Assembly (NCBI GenBank): GCA_963822965.1 | Contig: CAWGJT010000005.1 | Span: 1,696,001 to 1,760,000 of the forward strand | Direction: 5' to 3' | Origin: an uncultured delta proteobacterium | Lineage (GTDB): Bacteria > Myxococcota_A > UBA9160 > UBA4427 | Length of the DNA: 64,000 nt | Part shown: one piece after another, positions 57,218 to 64,000 of the stretch | Position numbering within the stretch: the stretch's first letter is position 1 | How the letters are laid out: each line of letters begins with the position of its first letter | Made by a program: the position numbers and the translations under genes | Notes under the pieces: generated by a model | What the model saw: the letters and a program-made list of their open reading frames with translations, nothing else | The model's database searches: none | Told to the model about the DNA's origin: nothing

Positions 57218-57934
57218 TCACGCGGACAGCGAGGCCAGCACCTCCGGGTCGAAGCGCCAGCGGCCGCGGCGGGTGGGCCGCTCCAGGGCGCGGGCCAGCG
57301 CGCGGAGGAACACGTCCCGCGGCCACTCCCGGGCGCCCAGCGCGGCGGTGTGCTCGGTGTGCACCTGGCAGTCGAGGAAGTCGAAGCCCCACGCCTCGAT
57401 CTGGCGCACCAGGGCCACGAAGGCCACCTTCGAGGCGTCGCTCTCGCTCGCGAACATCGACTCGCCGCAGAAGGCGGCCCCGAGCGACAGGCCGTAGATG
57501 CCGCCCACCAGCTCGTCCTCGTGCCACGACTCGACCGAGTGGGCGAACCCCAGCTCGTGCAGGCGTGCGAAGCCTGCGGCGAGGTCGTCGGTGATCCAGG
57601 TGCCGCGCTGGCCCGGGCGCGGCATCTCCGCGCAGCGCTGCATCACGCGCTCGAAGGCCGTGTCCATGCGCAGCTCGTAGCGGCCCCGGCGCAGGTTCTT
57701 GCGCAGGGTGCGGTTCACCCGCAGCTCGCCGGGCACGAGCACCATGCGCGGATCGGGCGAGAACCACAGGATCGGGTCTTCCTCGTACCACGGGAAGATG
57801 CCGCGCGCGTAGGCCGAGAGGAGCCGCTCGGGCAGCAGGTCGCCGCCGTAGGCGAGCAGGCCGTGCTCGTCCGCCTGGCGTGGGTCGGGGAAGGGCACGG
57901 CCTCGACGATGCGCTGGAGCGCGGCGGGCTCCAT
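57218..57934 (-). CDS. aat: Leucyl/phenylalanyl-tRNA--protein transferase
   Basis: GLLAYGGDL..AYARGIFPW..WFSPDPR, HSVESW, FCGESMF..DASKVA. Confidence 0.96.
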   Translation of the reverse strand: MEPAALQRIVEAVPFPDPRQADEHGLLAYGGDLLPERLLSAYARGIFPWYEEDPILWFSPDPRMVLVPGELRVNRTLRKNLRRGRYELRMDTAFERVMQRCAEMPRPGQRGTWITDDLAAGFARLHELGFAHSVESWHEDELVGGIYGLSLGAAFCGESMFASESDASKVAFVALVRQIEAWGFDFLDCQVHTEHTAALGAREWPRDVFLRALARALERPTRRGRWRFDPEVLASLSA

Positions 57935-58242
57935 CAGCGGGTGACAGCTTGCATTGATCGCTCGTCCGGGATCGCAACGGGGGCTCTGGATCGTACCACC
58001 ACCGGCCGGGGCGCGTTTTCGGGCCTCGGTTGACCGTCGTCGGGCGGCTCGTCTACCCTGCGGGTCGAGGTTCGACCGATACAGGGACGATTTCAGGCGC
58101 TTGCAGGCCCTCGGACCGCCTTCCCGGGTATGCCCGACGTGCTAAGCGCCATTGCCCACGAGCCCGTTCCAGCCTTTCGGGGCCGTTGCGGCTCGTGCGA
58201 GAGCGCGTCGCGAGAGAGGCGCGCGAAAGAGAATCGAAGAGC

Positions 58243-59440
58243 ATGAGCGAGAAGGAACGGCCTTCGCCCAAGCGCGGCCAGGCAACCGATTCCGTGCACG
58301 CCGGCGAGCTGCGGCAGCAGGAAGCGAACGCCATCACCACGCCCATCTACCAGACCTCGACCTTCTGGTTCCGAAACTCCCAGGAAGTGATCGACTACAA
58401 CGAGGGACGGAACGTCCGCGAGGAGTACGGGCGCTACGGCAACCCCACCTGGCGCTCCGTGGAGCGCAAGCTCACCGAGCTCGAGGGCGGCGAGGAGACG
58501 GTGCTCTTCGCGTCGGGCATGTGCGCCGCCACCACCACCTTCCTGGCCATGCTTCCCCAGGACAGCCATCTCATCGTCACCAGCGACTGCTACCGCCGCA
58601 CGCGGCAGTTCATCCAGCAGTATCTGGGACGCCTCGGCGTCGAGACCACCGTGATCGAGCCCGGCGACACCGGCAAGCTCGAGGCGGCCATTCGCGACGA
58701 CACGGCGATCTTCTTCACCGAGTCGCCCACGAACCCGTTCCTGCGCGTGGCCGACATCCCCGAGGTGACGCGCGTCTGCCACGAGCACGGCGTGAAGGTG
58801 ATCATCGACTCCACGTTCGCGAGCCCCACCAACCAGCGGGCCCTCGACCTGGGCGCCGACCTGGTGATCCACAGCGCCACCAAGTACCTGGGCGGCCACA
58901 ACGACCTGCTGGCGGGCACCATCACCGGCAGCCAGCGAGTACGTCGAGCCCATCCGCAAGGCGCTGGGCGTGCTGGGCGGCATCATCGACAGCCACGCCG
59001 CCTGGCTGCTGCTGCGCGGCATCAAGACCCTGGCCATCCGCATGGAGCGCCACAACCAGAACGGCCTCGCCGTGGCGCGCCACCTGGAGACGCATCCGAA
59101 GATCCGCAAGGTGTGGTACCCGGGGCTCGAGAGCCATCCCGACCACGAGATCGCCATGGCGCAGATGAAGGGCTTCGGGGGCGTCGTCACCTTCGAGATC
59201 GACACCGACATGCAGGGCGCCTTCCGCTTCATCGACGCCACGCGCATCCCCTACCAGGCGCCCAGCCTGGGCGGCGTCGAGTCGCTGATCGAGCTGCCCG
59301 TCACCATGTCGTTCTGGGACGTGCCGCCCGAGGAGCGCGCCTCGTACGGCATCACGGATTCGCTGTGCCGGCTGGCCTGCGGCATCGAGAACGCCGAAGA
59401 CCTGATCGCCGATCTCGACCAGGCCCTCGAGAAGGTGTGA
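58243..59440 (+). CDS. Cys/Met metabolism PLP enzyme (cystathionine gamma-synthase-like; one frameshift)
   Basis: TPIYQTSTF, YGRYGNPT, FASGM, ESPTNP, HSATKYLGGHND, SLGGVESL. Confidence 0.92.
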
Positions 59441-59482
59441 GCGGGCTGCCCTCGACGTGACGGCCGACGTGACGATCGCGAC

Positions 59483-60325
59483 GTGACCACCGCCACCCGG
59501 GAAGCCGATCTGCCGGCGCGCTCGCCGAGCCCGCTGCCGCTGGTGGTGCCCATCGCGGTGGCGCTGCTGACGAGCGGCGCGCTGGTGGCGCTGGCCTGGG
59601 GCGGCTGGCCGGGGGTCACCGGCCTGAACGGGGCGGAGTTCTGCGAGACGCTCCGGCCCGGGCTCGTCAAGCAGCCCGCCAACACCTTCTCGAACCTGGG
59701 CTTCGTCACGGTGGCGGTGCTGGTGGGCTGGCGGGCCATGCGCGACCTGGCCGGCCGCGGCGGGGCGCCCCGCAACCGCATGACCAGCACCGTCTTCTAC
59801 CCCGCCTTCTACGCCGGGGTGTCGGCCTTCCTGGGGCCCGGCAGCGCCGCCATGCACGCCTCGTCGACGCATTGGGGCGGCCGGGTGGACGTCTACTCCA
59901 TGTACCTGTGGATCGTGTGGGTGATCTGCTTCGCGTGGGTGCGGCTGCGGGAGGGGAGCAAGCGGGACTTCCTCCTCCTCTATCTACCCGCCATGGCGGG
60001 GCTCGCGCTGGTGAACTTCTCGGGCTGGGCCGTGGACTCGAACCTCCTCTTCGGCGCGCTCGTCGTGTCGTCCATCGCGCTCGAGGCCGCCGTCGTCCTG
60101 CGCCGGCCCGATCTGCACGCCGACCGGCGCTTCGTGCTGGGCGCCGTGGGCTGCTTCCTGCTGGCCTTCGGCATCTGGATCCCCAGCCACACGGGCGGCC
60201 CCCTGTGCGACCCGGATTCCTGGCTGCAGGGACACGCCGCCTGGCACCTGCTTTCGGCCGGGTCGGTGGGGCTCCTCTACTGCTACGCTCGCTCGGAGCG
60301 GAGGGTCGTGCCCGCAGGCAGCTGA
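59483..60325 (+). CDS. Ceramidase-like (CREST) membrane hydrolase
   Basis: FCE..QPANTFSNLGF, GSAAMH, QGHAAWHLL. Confidence 0.8.
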   Translation: MTTATREADLPARSPSPLPLVVPIAVALLTSGALVALAWGGWPGVTGLNGAEFCETLRPGLVKQPANTFSNLGFVTVAVLVGWRAMRDLAGRGGAPRNRMTSTVFYPAFYAGVSAFLGPGSAAMHASSTHWGGRVDVYSMYLWIVWVICFAWVRLREGSKRDFLLLYLPAMAGLALVNFSGWAVDSNLLFGALVVSSIALEAAVVLRRPDLHADRRFVLGAVGCFLLAFGIWIPSHTGGPLCDPDSWLQGHAAWHLLSAGSVGLLYCYARSERRVVPAGS

Positions 60326-60382
60326 GCCCGCGCCGGGCACCCGTCCGCGCGAGCCAATCCCAGGACGGAGCAGGAGGGCACG

Positions 60383-61627
60383 GTGGGCGTGAGTAAGGGA
60401 CTCTCGATCGTCGGGCTTCTCTTCTCGGTCGTCTCGCTCGCTTGGATCGCCGCACTCGGGCCGGCGCACGCGGCGCGCGCCGACGAGCCCACGGAGACGC
60501 CCGGGGTGGCCCGACTGCCCGCCGAGCCGGGCGCGCACTGGGTGTGGGTGCCCGACCGGCTGCTGCAGCACAGCATCCTCTTCGACGGCGACACGGGCGT
60601 GATGCTGGGCGCCATCGACTCGGCGGCGACCCTCACCCCGAAGGCTCCGGTGCTGGCGCGCGGCCACTTCTATTCCGTGGACCTGGCCTACTCGCGGGGC
60701 CTGCGCGGCGACCGCATCGACTTCGTCTCGATCTACGACGCCGTCACCCTCGGCTACACGAGCGAGATCATGCTGCCCACCCGCCAGGGGCAGAGCAACG
60801 CCTCGCTCCAGTACGCCGAGCTGCTGGGCGACCGCTTCCTCGCCGTCTTCAACCAGTTCCCGAACATCTCGGTCTCGATCGTCGACCTCGAGAAGAACGA
60901 GTTCGTGCAGGAGATCAACATCGCGGGCTGCGCGGCCATCTACCCCGTGGACCGGCGCCACTTCGCCACCCTGTGCGGCGACGGCACCGCCACCCTCGTG
61001 GCTCTCGACCCCACCGGCCACCAGGCCGGCCTGGTGGCCAGCGAGCCCTTCTTCGACCCGGTGAAAGACCCGGTCTTCATCGCCGCCGGCCGCAACGGCA
61101 CCGCCTGGACGTTCGTCACCTTCAAGGGCCAGGCGCGCACCGTGGACTTCGCGGGCGGCAAGCCCCGGGTGGGCGCCGAGTGGTCGCTGCTCGACGAGAT
61201 GGACCGCCGCGAGAACTGGCTGCCGGGCGGCCTGCAGCACGTGGCCCTGCACGCCCCCACGAACCGCCTCTTCGTCATCATGCACGAGGGCGGTCCCGGC
61301 AGTCACAAGGAGGCCGGCTCGGAGATCTGGGTGTTCGACGTGAACGAGCGCAAGCGCATCGCGCGCTTCCCGGCGCCGAACGTGACGGGCGCCTTCCTGG
61401 CCGCGATGGCGAACGTGGAGCGCGGCGGCTGGATCGATTCCGCGATGCAATGGGGCATCCCCAGCCAGGGCGTGCAGGTGATCGTCGTCAGCCAGGACGA
61501 CCACCCGGTCCTCTTCGCCCGCCACTCGGAGGTGGGCGCCGTGGCGGTGATGGACGCCAACACCGGCGAAACCCTGCGCATGCTGGACGAAGCGGGCCTC
61601 ACCGGCCCGACCATGCGGGTGCCGTGA
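60383..61627 (+). CDS. mauB: TTQ amine dehydrogenase large subunit
   Basis: YSRGLRGDRID, EINIAGC..LCGDG, FFDPVKDPVF, PGGLQ..MHEG..SHKEAGSEIWV. Confidence 0.9.
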   Translation: MGVSKGLSIVGLLFSVVSLAWIAALGPAHAARADEPTETPGVARLPAEPGAHWVWVPDRLLQHSILFDGDTGVMLGAIDSAATLTPKAPVLARGHFYSVDLAYSRGLRGDRIDFVSIYDAVTLGYTSEIMLPTRQGQSNASLQYAELLGDRFLAVFNQFPNISVSIVDLEKNEFVQEINIAGCAAIYPVDRRHFATLCGDGTATLVALDPTGHQAGLVASEPFFDPVKDPVFIAAGRNGTAWTFVTFKGQARTVDFAGGKPRVGAEWSLLDEMDRRENWLPGGLQHVALHAPTNRLFVIMHEGGPGSHKEAGSEIWVFDVNERKRIARFPAPNVTGAFLAAMANVERGGWIDSAMQWGIPSQGVQVIVVSQDDHPVLFARHSEVGAVAVMDANTGETLRMLDEAGLTGPTMRVP

Positions 61628-61628
61628 C

Positions 61629-62225
61629 ATGCGGCGGCTTCTCTCGTCTTCGCAAGTGTCGGCGCGAGCTGTCTCGGCCGTGAGCGTCGACCCGGCCATC
61701 GCCTGGACGCTGCGCGTGGCGCTGGCCGCGCTCTTCGCGACGGCCGCGTTCCACAAGGCGGCCGACCTGGCGGCCTTCGCGGCGACGCTGCGCGACTACC
61801 GCATGCTGCCCGCCGCCGTGACGGGCCTGCTCGCCCCGTGCTTCGCGGCCGCCGAGGCCCTGGTCGCGGTGTCGCTGCTGGCTCCGGGGTGGGCCGGGTC
61901 GGCGGCGGCCGGCGGTGCTGGGCTGCTGCTCGTCTACACGGCCGCCATTGCGACGAACCTCCTGCGCGGCCGGCGCGAGATCGACTGCGGCTGCTTCGGC
62001 CCGCGCGTGCGCCAATCCATCTCGGGCGGCCTCGTCGCCCGCAACGCCGTGCTGGTCGCGGGGGCGTTCGTCGCGGCGCTGCCCGCCGGCAGTCGTCCGC
62101 TCGTCTGGGTCGACGCCGTCACCATCGTCCTCGGGGCGTGCGTCCTCGCGCTCCTCCTGCAAGCCACCAACGCGCTCACGCTCACCGCCCAGTCGAGCCT
62201 GCAACGCCTCCGGAGATCCACATGA
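61629..62225 (+). CDS. mauE: MauE membrane protein
   Basis: AFHK..FAATLRDY..NLLRGRREIDCGCFG..RN. Confidence 0.9.
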   Translation: MRRLLSSSQVSARAVSAVSVDPAIAWTLRVALAALFATAAFHKAADLAAFAATLRDYRMLPAAVTGLLAPCFAAAEALVAVSLLAPGWAGSAAAGGAGLLLVYTAAIATNLLRGRREIDCGCFGPRVRQSISGGLVARNAVLVAGAFVAALPAGSRPLVWVDAVTIVLGACVLALLLQATNALTLTAQSSLQRLRRST

Positions 62226-62875
62226 CCGAAGCCCTCCTCGTCTCGAACCTGCTGCTCTGGGTGCTGGTGGTGGCGCTCGGCTGCGTGGTCGTCGCCCTCA
62301 CCCGCCAGATCGGCGTCCTGCACGAAAGGGTCGCCCCCGCCGGCGCCCTGGCCGTCCAGCGAGGCCCGGAAGTCGGCGACCCCGCCCCGCGCTTCGCCCT
62401 GGAAACCCTCGGCGGCAGCACCCTGAACTTCGGCGGCGAAGACCGCGAAGGCCGCCGCACCCTGCTCTTCTTCCTCTCGCCCACCTGCCCCGTCTGCAAG
62501 ACCCTGCTCCCCACCCTGCGCCGCATCGCCGGCGAGGAAGGCCTGCGCGTGGTGTACGCGAGCGACGGCACCCCGAGCGAGCACCAGGCCTTCGCGGCCC
62601 GCGAGCGCATCGCCCCGGACGACTACGTGCTCTCGCGCGACCTGGGTCTGGGCTTCGAGGTGTCGAAGCTCCCCTACGCGGTGCTCGTCGACCGCGAAGG
62701 CATCGTCCGCGCCAAGGGGCTGGTGAACACCCGCGAGCACGTGGAGAGCCTGTTCGAGGCCGAGCGGCTGGGGGTCGGATCGCTGCAGCAGTACCTGGCT
62801 GCCGACCACACCCACCACGCCGACCACGAGAGCGGACCCGAGCTCGAGGTGGTGCACGGAGGGGCTTCGTCGTGA
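62222..62875 (+). CDS. mauD: MauD thioredoxin-like accessory protein
   Basis: RQIGVLHERVAPAGAL, SPTCPVCK, KLPYAVL..KGLVNTREHVESLFEA. Confidence 0.93.
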   Translation: MTEALLVSNLLLWVLVVALGCVVVALTRQIGVLHERVAPAGALAVQRGPEVGDPAPRFALETLGGSTLNFGGEDREGRRTLLFFLSPTCPVCKTLLPTLRRIAGEEGLRVVYASDGTPSEHQAFAARERIAPDDYVLSRDLGLGFEVSKLPYAVLVDREGIVRAKGLVNTREHVESLFEAERLGVGSLQQYLAADHTHHADHESGPELEVVHGGASS

Positions 62876-63438
62876 GCACCGGCTGGACGGAAGCAGGCGA
62901 TTCGAGCGGCTGGACGCGACGGCCTCGCAAGACGCAGCGGCCGCCGCACGTTCCTGGCCCGCTTCGGCACCCTGATCCTCGGCGGCGCCGCGGTGCCCCT
63001 GCTGCCGGTATCCCGAGCCGCCGCGGGCAGGAACTCGCCCCGCATCCCCGCCCCCAACGAGAAGATCGAGGGGCCCCAGGGCGACCAGACGAGCTGCGAC
63101 TACTGGCGCCACTGCGCCATCGACGGCTCGGCCTGCGCGTGCTGCGGCGGCAGCGCCAGCAGCTGCCCCCCCGGCACCGAGCCCGCCCCCGTCACCTGGG
63201 TGGGAACCTGCCGAAACCCCCTCGACGGCAAGGACTACCTCATCTCCTACAACGACTGCTGCGGCAAGACCTTCTGCGGCCGCTGCATGTGCAACCGCAA
63301 CGAAGGCGAGCGCCCCGAATACCACTGGTACCGAAACAACGACATCAACTGGTGCGCCGGAGCCACAGAGCCAGGTCTACCACTGCTCGATCGCGGTCCT
63401 GATCGGCCAGGCCACCGAAGCCCGAGCCGGAGCAGTGA
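62872..63438 (+). CDS. mauA: TTQ amine dehydrogenase small subunit (frameshifts)
   Basis: Tat-like RRTFLARFG; CDYWRHCAIDG..CCGG..CPPGT..WVGTC..YNDCCGK..NDINWC. Confidence 0.92.
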
Positions 63439-63859
63439 GGCGCGCGGTGAGAGCGGCGCTCGTCGCGGTGGCCCTGCTCGGCGGCGCGTGCCTGGCGCGC
63501 CGCGCCGCCGCGACGGCGCAGGAGCTGCGACCCCGAGGGAGCACTACCTGCTCCACTGCTCGGGCTGCCACGGGGCCGACGGCCGCGGCGTCCCCGGCGT
63601 CACCCCGACCCTCCACGGCCTGGTCCGTTTCTTGGAGATACCCGGTGGCCGGGAGTACCTCGCGAGTGTCCCCGGCGTCGCCCAGGCCCCGCTGGACGAC
63701 GAGGATCTGGCCGCGCTCCTCAACTGGATCCTGACGGCGTTCTCGCCGGCCCCTACAAGCTACGCCCCCTACCAGACGCACGAGCTGCGCGACCTGCGCG
63801 CGACCCCGCTGCGCGACCCACTCGTGACCCGCGCAACCATAGTTTCATCAAGCAACTGA
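63435..63859 (+). CDS. Monohaem cytochrome c (frameshift)
   Basis: YLLHCSGCHGADG..GREYLASVPGV..LLNW. Confidence 0.85.
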
Positions 63860-64000
63860 CGTTCCGCGCGCCCGCGGCCGCGTCCCCACCGAAGACGGTT
63901 TATCGAGCAAGCTCACGCACCGCCGAAAACCACGCGCTCGACTCGGGAACGCATCCGAATCACGACAGATTCCGGGCATCCACGCCGGCCCAACCACCAG

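Overview
Very GC-rich bacterial chromosome segment, probably Myxococcota-like (inference from gene content). Single-base indels break many conserved genes, which points to long-read assembly errors. The backbone is ordinary: nitroreductase, serS-selB, a complex I cluster nuoA-E-F-G-H-J-K-L-M-N lacking B/C/D/I, gpsA, feoAB with a Fur-like box, a flippase-like/sulfatase fusion, msrB, amidase, GST, a MotA/TolQ-type operon, GNAT, aat, a Cys/Met PLP enzyme, and a TTQ amine dehydrogenase operon (mauBEDA plus cytochrome c). Three lower-GC Rhs polymorphic-toxin arrays (~4.1-10.4 kb, ~32.9-35.0 kb, ~45.0-55.5 kb) each sit between convergent core genes and contain only Rhs fragments plus orphan toxin-tip/immunity pairs. 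The most striking signal lies inside array 3. The + strand from 50812 to 51144 has one C in 333 nt, within a patchy ~49.5-52.9 kb zone where recognisable genes (Rhs YD repeats, IS3 transposase, DUF4265, a GNAT copy) carry C>T changes on the + strand (G>A on the - strand). This looks like a strand-specific cytosine-deamination footprint; a read or library artefact cannot be excluded from sequence alone. Other unusual points: GspG-pseudopilin-like genes in the immunity slot after HExxH tips, an internal TM/signal-peptide segment before the Rhs core, recurrent motifs at cassette junctions, and diverged copies of both flanking core genes embedded in array 3.
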